From an uncultured Acidobacteriota bacterium (GTDB taxonomy: Bacteria; Acidobacteriota; UBA6911): a stretch of DNA of 64,000 bases. The first letter of the stretch is position 1; each line of letters starts with the position of its first letter. The position numbers and the translations under genes were made by a program. The DNA is taken from positions 4,922 to 68,921 of the forward strand of contig CAYZTZ010000005.1 of assembly GCA_964481255.1 (NCBI GenBank), given 5' to 3'. The notes beneath the pieces were generated by a model that was given only the letters and a program-made list of their open reading frames with translations, did not search any database and was not told the origin of the DNA. Below, piece after piece: positions 25,760 to 34,946 of the stretch.

Positions 25760-27106
25760 ATGAAATATCGAACGATTCTTATCCTGCTGATCGGATTCGG
25801 AAGCCTGCTCGCGCTGATCGGCATCCTGGGTTTCGGCGGATTACGAAGAGCCGAACGCATCTACAATGAAGTCGCCGCCATACACGAAGCCCATCGAGAA
25901 ACGGCTCTCATGCTGGAGGATATTCAGAGCGATAACTACCTTTCCGGAATTCTCGTGCGCGATTATCTCCTGGACCCGACTCCGGGAACCGGCCCCCAGT
26001 ACCGCAAGGAGCTACTGGAACTCCGCTCCGCCCTCTCCAAACACCTTACGGCCCTCAGTCGGTCCCTGAGCCATGACGAGGGCAGAGTTCTGGAACGGCT
26101 GCGCCGGGAAATGGACATCTACTGGGAATCGCTGGATCCGGTCTTCGAATGGACTCCCCAGGAAAAGGCCGCCCGAGGCTCGGCTTTTCTAAGGAGGCAG
26201 GTGATCCCGCGGCGCTACGCCATCGTATCCATTACCCGCGAAATAGATGATCTGAACGCGAAGAACCTCCGCCGGGAGGAGGAGAGAATACGCCTCAACC
26301 GTGTCGAGCTTCGGGCCTATTTCCTGAAACTGTTCGCGTTCTCCGCGATGGTCGCCGCGGCGGTGGCCGGCATGAGCATCTTCCGCGTATTGCGTCTGGA
26401 GCAGCGTTCGGAGGAGCAGCGCCGCAGGGCGGAGCGCGCGGAGAGGGAGCTTCGATACCTCTCTCAAAAGCTTGTGCAGGCTCAGGAAGAAGAACGGAAG
26501 TCGATCTCGCGCGAGCTGCACGACGAGATCGGCCAGCTCCTGACCGCCCTTAAAATGGAATTGGGCAACCTTTCCCAGCTCCGCGAAAGCTCCGGCAACG
26601 AATTTCAGGAGCACCTGGCCGAGGCGAAGGCTGTGACGGAAAGGACGATGCGGGCCGTGCGCGATCTGGCGATGGGATTGCGCCCCTCCATGCTTGACGA
26701 CCTTGGGCTCGGGCCGGCGCTGCAGTGGCAGGTCCGCGAGTTCTCAAGCCGAAGCAGCATTCCCGTGTCGCTCGAGATCGACGGAGATCCCGGCGGCATT
26801 CCCGAGAGCGTGAGCACCTGCATCTACCGAGTCACCCAGGAAGCTCTGACGAACTGCGCGCGCCACGCCCAGGCGCAGAACGTCCGGATCACGGTTCACG
26901 GGAGCACGGACCGGATCTTCCTGACCGTGACCGACGACGGAGTAGGCTTTGATTTTTCCGACTCCGTCGGCGCGGGCCTGGGCCTGATCGGAATGGAGGA
27001 AAGGGTGAAAAAACTGGGCGGCACTTTATCCATCTCCTCCCGGGCCCAGAGGGGCACCGTCCTGGAAGTGCAGCTTCCCCTGAAGGAACCGGAGGCGGAA
27101 CCATGA
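25760..27106 (+). CDS. Sensor histidine kinase, HisKA_3 (NarX/LiaS-like) type
   Basis: Two TM segments, coiled-coil linker, H-box SRELHDEIGQLLTAL, N-box EALTNCARHA, G-box DDGVGF..GLGLIGMEERV. Confidence 0.85.
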   Translation: MKYRTILILLIGFGSLLALIGILGFGGLRRAERIYNEVAAIHEAHRETALMLEDIQSDNYLSGILVRDYLLDPTPGTGPQYRKELLELRSALSKHLTALSRSLSHDEGRVLERLRREMDIYWESLDPVFEWTPQEKAARGSAFLRRQVIPRRYAIVSITREIDDLNAKNLRREEERIRLNRVELRAYFLKLFAFSAMVAAAVAGMSIFRVLRLEQRSEEQRRRAERAERELRYLSQKLVQAQEEERKSISRELHDEIGQLLTALKMELGNLSQLRESSGNEFQEHLAEAKAVTERTMRAVRDLAMGLRPSMLDDLGLGPALQWQVREFSSRSSIPVSLEIDGDPGGIPESVSTCIYRVTQEALTNCARHAQAQNVRITVHGSTDRIFLTVTDDGVGFDFSDSVGAGLGLIGMEERVKKLGGTLSISSRAQRGTVLEVQLPLKEPEAEP

Positions 27107-27753
27107 GCGATACCCGCATTTTGCTGGCCGATGATCACGGTGTTGTGAGGAAGGGGCTCCGCTTCCTGTTGGAGCGGCAACCTGGAATGGAGGTTGTCGG
27201 CGAGGCCTCGGACGGCCGCGAGGCCGTGAAGCTGGCCGGGGAGCTCGCGCCGCATGTCGTCATCATGGACGTCGCCATGCCGCTTCTCAACGGGATAGAC
27301 GCAACCGCCCAGATCGTCAAGAGCAATCCGAGAACGGGCGTCATCATGCTCAGCATGCACTCCGACGAGGCCTACCTGGTGCGGGCCCTGAGCGCCGGCG
27401 CCAAAGGTTATCTGTTAAAAGACTCCGCAGAGACGGATCTTGTCAGGGCTGTCCAGGTTGTGGCCCAGGGGCGCCCCTTTTTCAGTCCCCAGATCGCCCA
27501 GACCCTGCTCGAAGACTATATGCGGACGCTGCAGCAGAGGGGGCTCGAGGATTCCTATGATATCCTGACGGAGCGCGAGCGGGAGGTGCTCCAGCTTCTC
27601 GCGGAAGGGAAGTCCAACAAGGAAGTCGCGTCGATCCTCAACCTGAGCCCCTATACCGTCGAAACGCACCGCACCAACCTCATGCAGAAACTCAACCTCC
27701 ACAATACCGCGGAGATCGTGCTTTACGCCGTGCGCAAAAAGATCATCGCCTGA
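27103..27753 (+). CDS. NarL/LuxR-family response regulator
   Basis: Receiver domain (ILLADDH...VIMDVAMP), C-terminal HTH TEREREVLQLLAEGKSNKEVASILNLSPYTVETHR. ATGA overlap with the kinase gene. Confidence 0.9.
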   Translation: MSDTRILLADDHGVVRKGLRFLLERQPGMEVVGEASDGREAVKLAGELAPHVVIMDVAMPLLNGIDATAQIVKSNPRTGVIMLSMHSDEAYLVRALSAGAKGYLLKDSAETDLVRAVQVVAQGRPFFSPQIAQTLLEDYMRTLQQRGLEDSYDILTEREREVLQLLAEGKSNKEVASILNLSPYTVETHRTNLMQKLNLHNTAEIVLYAVRKKIIA

Positions 27754-27847
27754 GCCGCACTCCGCACGGAACAACGCGGCGCGATAGCGCCCATCGGACC
27801 GGTTTTCGAACCGCGAAGGGGGCGTCCCTATCTCCCGCGCTCCGAAA

Positions 27848-27872
27848 TTCGATATTCGACATTCTGAGGGTC
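27848..27872. repeat. Copy C (partial, diverged) of the intergenic repeat
   Basis: ttcgatattcgacattctgagggtc shares TTCGACATTCTG and the preceding half-repeat with copies A and B. Lies in the convergent gap between the response regulator and mtaB. Confidence 0.45.
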
Positions 27873-27969
27873 AATGCCGCGTTACGAAAGCTCACCGGCT
27901 ATGCGGCCCTTTGAGCGATTATCCGATGGGCGATGAGCTCCTGCGTCTTCGCACCCGCAGGCCGGAGCT

Positions 27970-29289
27970 TCAGGCGCATACGCCGTCCTGCTCGATGCTC
28001 GCGAGTGTAGCGTCCGCGCGGACGTCCTCGATGCGGACGTTCACCAGGCGGTTGGGAGGCACCATGAGGCGGGGCACGCGCGCGTGGATGTAGTTTCCGG
28101 TGAGCACCACTCCGGCGCCGAGGTCTTCCTCTTTCGCCAGGGTGATCGCGGGCAGAACCTTCCCGAGAAAGCGGCGTCGGAAGGCGAGACTCTTGGAGCG
28201 GGAGATTTCAAGCAATTGAGCGAGGCGCCGCTTCACCACCGCCGGCGGGACGCGGCCCGGCATGGAACAGGCTTCCGTTCCCTCCCGCGGCGAGAAGGGG
28301 AAGACGTGGAGATACGCCAGCGGCGACTCCTCAATCAGAGCGCACGTCTCGGAAAAATCCTGGTCCGTCTCTCCGGGAAATCCTACAAGGACATCCGTGC
28401 CGAGCCCGACATCCGGTATCGCTTCCCGGATCGACCGCAGCAGGGCGCGGAAGCGCGCGGCGGTGTAAGGCCGGCGCATGCGGCGCAGCAAGCGGTCGCT
28501 GCCGCTCTGCAGCGGAATATGAAAGTGACGGGCGAAAAGCGGACTCCCGGCCGCGAGGCCGATGAGCTCGAGGTCAAAATGCATCGGCTCAATACTGCTC
28601 AGACGTATTCGCCCGAGACCGGGGACCTTCAGAATCCGCCGAAGCAGATCGGCCAGTCGCGGGTGGCCCTTGATCTTGAGCCCGTAGGCCCCGAGGTGAA
28701 CCCCGGTGAGGACTATTTCCTGAAAGCCCCTGCCGACGAGAGCGCGGATTTCGGCCAGAACCTCCCCGGGCCGGGCGCTTCTCCCGGGCCCGCGGACATG
28801 CGGGACGATGCAGTAGGAACAACACGCGTCGCACCCGTCCTGCAGTTTGACCAGGGGGCGCGTTTTCCCTCCCGTCCGCGCCATGGGCGGGAGGCTAAAA
28901 GCGGGTTCCGTTCCGAAAGGGGAATGAAAAATCCCGTTCGTGGAAGGCGGCGCGTGGTCTCCAATAATCTCCGGCAGGCGATCCCTGTCGGCGTTTCCCG
29001 CGACGATACTCACGCCGGGGACGGCGGCCAGTGTCTCCGGATCGCGCTGGGCGTAGCATCCTGTCACGGCCAGGCGCGCCGCGGGATTTTCGCGATGCAG
29101 GCGCCTCAAGGCCTGGCGCGCCTGCTGATCCGAACGGTGCGTGACGGTGCATGTATTGACGATAATCCAGTCCGCGTCGCGCGCGCTTTCGCATTCCGTC
29201 ATGGCCGCACGGCAGAGACCTTCGCGGATCGCGGCGCTGTCGGCCTGGTTGCAGCGGCATCCGAAAGTCCGGACGCAAAACCTAGACAT
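27970..29289 (-). CDS. mtaB: MiaB-like tRNA methylthiotransferase (MtaB type)
   Basis: MSRFCVRTFGCRCNQADS, VNTCTVT, radical-SAM DGCDACCSYCIVP and a C-terminal TRAM-like domain. ATG 29289 overlaps the purE stop by 8 nt; the longer track ORF runs antisense through purE. Confidence 0.85.
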   Translation of the reverse strand: MSRFCVRTFGCRCNQADSAAIREGLCRAAMTECESARDADWIIVNTCTVTHRSDQQARQALRRLHRENPAARLAVTGCYAQRDPETLAAVPGVSIVAGNADRDRLPEIIGDHAPPSTNGIFHSPFGTEPAFSLPPMARTGGKTRPLVKLQDGCDACCSYCIVPHVRGPGRSARPGEVLAEIRALVGRGFQEIVLTGVHLGAYGLKIKGHPRLADLLRRILKVPGLGRIRLSSIEPMHFDLELIGLAAGSPLFARHFHIPLQSGSDRLLRRMRRPYTAARFRALLRSIREAIPDVGLGTDVLVGFPGETDQDFSETCALIEESPLAYLHVFPFSPREGTEACSMPGRVPPAVVKRRLAQLLEISRSKSLAFRRRFLGKVLPAITLAKEEDLGAGVVLTGNYIHARVPRLMVPPNRLVNVRIEDVRADATLASIEQDGVCA

Positions 29290-29812
29290 TTTTCGCCTTC
29301 TTGAGCTCGGCGTCCTGCCGCGCGACCCTGTCCGCCAGCTTTTTTTTGTACTGATGCAGGCTTTCCGCCAGAGCGGGATCGCTTCGGGCGAGGATTTGCG
29401 CCGCCAGCACGGCGGCGTTGGAGGCGCCCATTTTGCCGATGCCCATGGTCGCCACGGGGACACCCGCGGGCATCATGGAGGTCGACAGCAGTGCGTCCAG
29501 CCCTTTCAACGGCGAGGAATCGATCGGGACGCCGATCACGGGCAGAATCGTATGCGCGGCGATCACGCCGGCAAGGTGGGCGGCGGCGCCGGCGCAGGCG
29601 ATAACGGCCTGGACGCCCCGCTTCTCGAGTGCGGCCGCGTACCGGCGCGTCCGGTCCGGGGACCTGTGGGCGCTTGCAACCGTCCATTCGAACGCAATGT
29701 TGAAATCCTTCAGGATTTGAATCATGTCCTGAATGACAGGGTAGTCGGATTCGCTTCCGAGAACGATTGCGACCTTGGGTTGAGTCACCGCTGCCTCCAT
29801 TAGGATGGACAC
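29282..29812 (-). CDS. purE: N5-carboxyaminoimidazole ribonucleotide mutase
   Basis: KVAIVLGSESDYPV, SAHRSP and AGAAAHLAGV blocks. Confidence 0.92.
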   Translation of the reverse strand: MSILMEAAVTQPKVAIVLGSESDYPVIQDMIQILKDFNIAFEWTVASAHRSPDRTRRYAAALEKRGVQAVIACAGAAAHLAGVIAAHTILPVIGVPIDSSPLKGLDALLSTSMMPAGVPVATMGIGKMGASNAAVLAAQILARSDPALAESLHQYKKKLADRVARQDAELKKAKNV

Positions 29813-29826
29813 GCCGGGCGCCGTTT

Positions 29827-31125
29827 CTAGTTGAGCTTCGGGACCCGACCGGCGCCCAGACCCTTGGCCCCGATATCCCGGCGGTAGTGCATTCCCTCAA
29901 AGTGAATCTTATTGACGGCATCGTAAGCCGCCATCATGGCCGATGCAAGATTCCTGTCCGTCGCCGTCACGCCCAGGACCCTGCCGCCGTCGGTCAGCAA
30001 TCTGCCGTTTTCCAGACGGGTGCCCGCGTGAAACACGGCGACGCGGGGATCTTCCTCCGCCATTTCGAGCCCCGTAATGACCTTGCCTTTGGCGTAGGAT
30101 CCCGGGTAGCCGCCCGAGGCCAGCACCACGCAGACGGCGGCGCCGTCGTCCCAGACGGCCCTGTAATCCTTCAGGCGACCTTCGCAGAGGGCTTCGCCAA
30201 GCTCCCCGAAATCGCTCTTCAGCCGCGGCAGGATCACCTGGCATTCCGGGTCGCCCATCCGGACATTAAATTCCAGGACTTTCACCCCGCCGGGGGTCAG
30301 CATCAGGCCCGCGTACAGAATCCCCTGAAAAGGGGACCCCTCGTCGCGCATCCCATGGATCACGGGCTTTATGACCCTCGCGAGAATCTCGCTCTCGAGC
30401 CGCGGGCCAAGGATATCGTCGGTCGAATAAGCCCCCATACCCCCCGTATTGGGCCCCTGGTCGGCGTCAAAAACGGCCTTGTGATCGCGGGCGGCGACGG
30501 CCGGCAGAATCGTTTCACCGTCGGTGAACACGATATAGGAGGCCTCTACCCCCTCCAGGCATTCCTCGATGATGACGCGGTCCCCGGAATCGCCGAACTC
30601 CCTGTCGATCATGATCCGCCGGACGGCATCCCGCGCTTCGTCCCGGGTGCGCGAGACCACCACTCCCTTACCCGCCGCCAGCCCGTCGGCCTTGACGACG
30701 AGGGGGTAGCGCGCCTCCTGCGAGTCCAGATACGCGAGCGCGTCCCGCGCCCCGCCGAAAACGGCATAGGCGGCGGTGGGGACTCCATGCCGGGCCATGA
30801 AATCCTTGGCGAAGACCTTGCTGGATTCCAGACGGGCGGCCTCCCGCGTCGGGCCGAGAACCCTGATGCCGGCCGCCTTCAGCTGATCCGCCAAACCCGC
30901 GGCAAGAGGCGCCTCGGGACCGACGATGACGTAGTCGATCCTTTCCCGCAGCGCGAGATCGCGGACGGCGGCGGAATCGTGCGGCTGTACGGGCACGCAC
31001 CGGGCGTCGCGCGAGATCCCGCCGTTGCCCGGCGCGCAGAAAACCGCCTGGACGCGCGGGCTCCGCCGGAGTTTCCACGCGAGCGTGTGTTCTCTCCCCC
31101 CGGAGCCGATGACAAGTATTCTCAT
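29827..31125 (-). CDS. purD: Phosphoribosylamine-glycine ligase
   Basis: MRILVIGSGGREH, ATP-grasp blocks, and PNTGGMGAYS with EFNVRMGDPE. Confidence 0.93.
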   Translation of the reverse strand: MRILVIGSGGREHTLAWKLRRSPRVQAVFCAPGNGGISRDARCVPVQPHDSAAVRDLALRERIDYVIVGPEAPLAAGLADQLKAAGIRVLGPTREAARLESSKVFAKDFMARHGVPTAAYAVFGGARDALAYLDSQEARYPLVVKADGLAAGKGVVVSRTRDEARDAVRRIMIDREFGDSGDRVIIEECLEGVEASYIVFTDGETILPAVAARDHKAVFDADQGPNTGGMGAYSTDDILGPRLESEILARVIKPVIHGMRDEGSPFQGILYAGLMLTPGGVKVLEFNVRMGDPECQVILPRLKSDFGELGEALCEGRLKDYRAVWDDGAAVCVVLASGGYPGSYAKGKVITGLEMAEEDPRVAVFHAGTRLENGRLLTDGGRVLGVTATDRNLASAMMAAYDAVNKIHFEGMHYRRDIGAKGLGAGRVPKLN

Positions 31126-31213
31126 AAAAATCCTCGGCCTAATTCACGCGTTTTTCCAGAACAAAATTCGTATCCCGCGCCGGCCCTCGATCCGGCGCCG
31201 GGAAGGACGGGCG

Positions 31214-32131
31214 CTAAAACCTGTCGAGGTCCAGGCTTTTCAGGTAGGAACGCAGGGCGGGCCCCAGTTCCTCGTTGGCCAGGGCGACCTCGATCGTCGC
31301 CCGCAGGAAGCCGAGTTTGTCGCCCGCGTCGTGCCGTTTCCCCTGAAACCTGCAGGCCAGGACCCTTTCGCGGCCAAGCAGGCGGCGGAGCCCGTCCGTC
31401 AGCTGTATCTCCCCGCCGCTGCCCGTCTCGGTTTCCTCAAGGGCGTTAAAGATCGACGGCGTCAGGACATACCTCCCGATAATGGCCAGGTTGGAGGGCG
31501 CTTCCTCCGGTCTCGGCTTCTCCACCATATCGCGGACATCAAACAGCCTGCCCGCGCTCCCCGGCACCGGCCGGCCCTGAATGATCCCGTACCTCCCCGC
31601 TTCCTGAACGGGGATCTCCGTGATCGCCACAACGCTGGTCCCGTACCGCTCATAAACGTCCATCAGCTGGCGGATGCAGGGCACCTCGGACACGATGACG
31701 TCGTCGCCGAGGAGCACCGCGAAAGGCTCGTCGTTCATCAGATTGCGGGCCACAAGAACGGCGTGCCCGAGCCCGAGAGCCTCTTTCTGCCGCACATACG
31801 CGATATGGACCATTTCGGATACGGCGCGCACGCGGTTCAGCAGATCGGATTTGCCCCGCTCCTCGAGAGTCTTTTCCAGTTCATAGGAAACATCGAAATG
31901 GTCCTCGATGGCGTTTTTCCCGCGCCCGGTCACGATGACAAGGGTTTCGAGCCCCGAGGCGACGGCCTCCTCCACCACGTACTGGATGATGGGCTTGTCC
32001 ACCAGAGGCAGCATCTCCTTGGGCTGAGCTTTTGTCGCCGGGAGAAACCGGGTGCCCAAACCCGCGGCGGGGAAAACGGCTCTCCGGATCGGCGTCCTCT
32101 TGTATTTCCTGCCCGGCGGTCTGTCTTTCAT
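31214..32131 (-). CDS. galU: UTP-glucose-1-phosphate uridylyltransferase
   Basis: AVFPAAGLGTRFLPATKAQPKEMLPLVDKPIIQYVVEEA. ATG 32131 is preferred over the 19-aa longer track ORF. Confidence 0.9.
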   Translation of the reverse strand: MKDRPPGRKYKRTPIRRAVFPAAGLGTRFLPATKAQPKEMLPLVDKPIIQYVVEEAVASGLETLVIVTGRGKNAIEDHFDVSYELEKTLEERGKSDLLNRVRAVSEMVHIAYVRQKEALGLGHAVLVARNLMNDEPFAVLLGDDVIVSEVPCIRQLMDVYERYGTSVVAITEIPVQEAGRYGIIQGRPVPGSAGRLFDVRDMVEKPRPEEAPSNLAIIGRYVLTPSIFNALEETETGSGGEIQLTDGLRRLLGRERVLACRFQGKRHDAGDKLGFLRATIEVALANEELGPALRSYLKSLDLDRF

Positions 32132-32370
32132 AGGCCTCTTCCCGATATTCGGCAAGCTTTTTTCCCTTCTAAAACGTGATTGAAACAACGGCCTTCGGCA
32201 ATGTCAATGGAAGAATGCAAACACCCCTGCAGGCGGGCCGGCGGTCCAGGCGCGCAGAACCCCGGGCTTCCAATTGCCGGCCCTTTTCGGGCGCAGGGGG
32301 AACGCATTCGCCGCGAGGCCGGGAAAAGGAGGCGTTTCAATGATAGAATGCCGGATGGGGGAGAGCGCTT

Positions 32371-33648
32371 ATGCTGGACAAAAACTTTATTCGCGAGAAC
32401 CTGGACTATGTGCGCGAAAGGCTGGCCGCGCGCGGAGGCCGGTATCCCTTGGACGAGCTCATGGCGGCCGACGCGGAGTGGAAAGGCGTCCTTCTTCGCT
32501 GCGAAGAGCTCCGCCGGCAGCGCAACGAAGCCTCCGAAGCCATCGGAAGGATGAAGCGCGCCGGAGAAGACACCGCCAACCAGCAGGCGAAGGTGAAGGA
32601 GATTTCGAACGAGATCAAATCGCTGGAAGAGGCGGCGCGCCTTCTCGAGGAACGCCTGAATTCCTTTCTCCACAACATCCCCAACCTGCCGCACAGCTCG
32701 GTTCCCGTGGGGTGCGACGAAACCGTAAACCGGGAAGTCCGGCGCTGGGGGAGCGCCCCGGAGTTCGACTTCGAGCCGCTGGACCACGTGGATATCGGAA
32801 CTTCCCTGGGAATCCTGGACATGGAGCGGGCGGCCAAGATCGCGGGCGGGCGTTTTTCGCTCCTGCGCGGGGCCGGGGCCCTCATGGAAAGGGCCCTGAT
32901 CAACTTCATGCTGGACGTCCACACCAGGCATCACGGGTATCAGGAAGTGCTCCCGCCTTTTATGGCCAATTCCGCCAGCCTGTTCGGGACGGGGAACCTC
33001 CCCAAGTTCGCCGAGGATCTCTTCAAGGTCGAAGGGACGGACTATTACCTCATCCCCACGGCCGAGGTCCCCGTCACCAACATCTACCAGAACGAAGTCC
33101 TGGAGAAGGCGGAGCTGCCGAAAAAATTCGCGGCCTACACCCCCTGCTTCCGCAGCGAGGCCGGTTCCTACGGCAAGGACGTGCGCGGTCTCATACGCCA
33201 GCATCAATTCAACAAGGTGGAGCTCGTCAAGTTCGCCGAGCCGTCCGTTTCCTACGATGAGCTGGAGTCCCTGACCCGCGACGCGGAGGACATCCTTCAG
33301 CGCCTGGGCCTGCACTACCGCGTCGTGGTCCTCTGCACGGGGGATATGGGATTCGCAAGCGCCAAGACCTACGACCTGGAAGTGTGGCTGCCGAGCCAGC
33401 GGCGCTTCCGCGAGATCTCCTCCTGCAGCAATTTCGAGGCCTTTCAGGCCAGGCGCGCCAACATCCGGTTCCGGGGCGAAGACGGTAAACGGCACTATGT
33501 GCACACCCTGAACGGCTCGGGCGTCGCCATCGGGAGGACCTGGCTTGCCATCGTCGAAAACTACCAGCAACGGGACGGCTCCGTCGTTATTCCGGAAGCC
33601 TTGAGACCGTATATGGGGGGCATGGAGGTCATTCGGAAAGGAGATTAG
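32371..33648 (+). CDS. serS: Seryl-tRNA synthetase
   Basis: [13 protein letters not shown]-terminal coiled-coil arm, and class II motifs ([34 protein letters not shown]). Confidence 0.95.
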   Translation: MLDKNFIRENLDYVRERLAARGGRYPLDELMAADAEWKGVLLRCEELRRQRNEASEAIGRMKRAGEDTANQQAKVKEISNEIKSLEEAARLLEERLNSFLHNIPNLPHSSVPVGCDETVNREVRRWGSAPEFDFEPLDHVDIGTSLGILDMERAAKIAGGRFSLLRGAGALMERALINFMLDVHTRHHGYQEVLPPFMANSASLFGTGNLPKFAEDLFKVEGTDYYLIPTAEVPVTNIYQNEVLEKAELPKKFAAYTPCFRSEAGSYGKDVRGLIRQHQFNKVELVKFAEPSVSYDELESLTRDAEDILQRLGLHYRVVVLCTGDMGFASAKTYDLEVWLPSQRRFREISSCSNFEAFQARRANIRFRGEDGKRHYVHTLNGSGVAIGRTWLAIVENYQQRDGSVVIPEALRPYMGGMEVIRKGD

Positions 33649-33975
33649 GCGATCCGTCACCTGCCATCGCCGCCGGACTCCGCCGACGAGCTTGCCCAGG
33701 CCGCTTCGCAGGAAAATTAGAGAGACCACGGGGTTATGGAGGTCGTGCAGCTGCCGCCAGTGACGGGCGTCCGGGCGCCCCATCATGGAATGAGGTGAGC
33801 CCATAATGACATCCCCCGCTGAGATGGAAAAGTACCGGAAAGAGTCCGAGGGGGACGACGCGGATACGGCGAGAGAATAAAATTTATCTGAAGAACTGCA
33901 GGGCGGGCGCAGGAATACCTGTCCGGACCTCTTGCGGGCCGGATCCTGCCGCTCCACTGTCTATAGAGCGAACTG

Positions 33976-34896
33976 ATGAGCCATTCGGAAGATGGAATCA
34001 TATTCAACATCCAGGGCTATTGCCTCCACGACGGCCCCGGCATTCGCACGACGGTGTTTCTGAAAGGATGCCCTCTGCGCTGCCTTTGGTGCCAGAATCC
34101 GGAATCTCATTCCTTCAGTCCCGAACTTCTCTTTACGGAGGAAAGGTGCACGGCGTGCGGGAAGTGCGTCCAGGCCTGCCCCGAGCATGCAATCCGCCTG
34201 CACGGGAAAGCGTCGCAAACCGACCGAAGGCTCTGCAAAGGCACAGGGTTGTGTGTCGATGCCTGTCCCAACGAAGCCAGAGCCATAATCGGGCGCCGGG
34301 CAACGGCCGACGAGGTTTTCAAAGAGATCGCCGCCGATTCATTGTTCTACCAGGCGTCGGGCGGCGGCGTGACATTGAGCGGAGGAGAGCCTCTGGCGCA
34401 ACCTGAGTTCGCGGCCGGCATTCTAAAGAAATGCCGGGACGCAGGGTTTCACACCGCGCTGGACACTTGCGGACACGCCGACTGGACGGCGGCACGAGAG
34501 GTCCTGCGCTATGTCGACCTTGTGCTCTTTGATTTCAAGCACATGAATCCCGAAATGCATAGGAGACATACAGGGGTAACCAATGAACGGATCCTGCAGA
34601 ACGCGGAAAAGATCCACCATGAGATGTCGATACCGATGCAAGCCCGCGTGACCCTCGTTCCCGGTTTCAACGATTCCCCTGAAAACCTCGAGGCCACCGC
34701 CCGATTCATCGCCGGCACACTCTCGAACGCCGTCCCTGTTCATCTGCTTCCCTACCACCGCCTTGGAGAGGCAAAATGGGAGAGGTTGGGAAGGAAAAAT
34801 GAGACCGCGGCCATCGAGATTCCCGGCGAGCGGCAGTTGATGGAATGCCGCCGGATTTTTGAGTCCTTCGGCCTGACTGTAACGACGGGCGGTTGA
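33976..34896 (+). CDS. Glycyl-radical enzyme activating protein (radical SAM, with two auxiliary ferredoxin-like clusters)
   Basis: HDGPGIRTTVFLKGCPLRCLWCQNPES (Cx3Cx2C), CTACGKCVQACP, CKGTGLCVDACP and GGVTLSGGEPL. Confidence 0.9.
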   Translation: MSHSEDGIIFNIQGYCLHDGPGIRTTVFLKGCPLRCLWCQNPESHSFSPELLFTEERCTACGKCVQACPEHAIRLHGKASQTDRRLCKGTGLCVDACPNEARAIIGRRATADEVFKEIAADSLFYQASGGGVTLSGGEPLAQPEFAAGILKKCRDAGFHTALDTCGHADWTAAREVLRYVDLVLFDFKHMNPEMHRRHTGVTNERILQNAEKIHHEMSIPMQARVTLVPGFNDSPENLEATARFIAGTLSNAVPVHLLPYHRLGEAKWERLGRKNETAAIEIPGERQLMECRRIFESFGLTVTTGG

Positions 34897-34946
34897 TCCG
34901 CAATTCCGGCATTGGGATTCCATGTCGGGAACAGGAGAGGCGTCTT

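Noticed and set aside
29767-33957. ORFs 29767..31449 (+, 560 aa), 31025..32179 (+, 384 aa), 32128..33957 (-, 609 aa), 32274..33260 (+)
   Set aside because: They are antisense or off-frame to purD, galU and serS, all of which are unambiguous.
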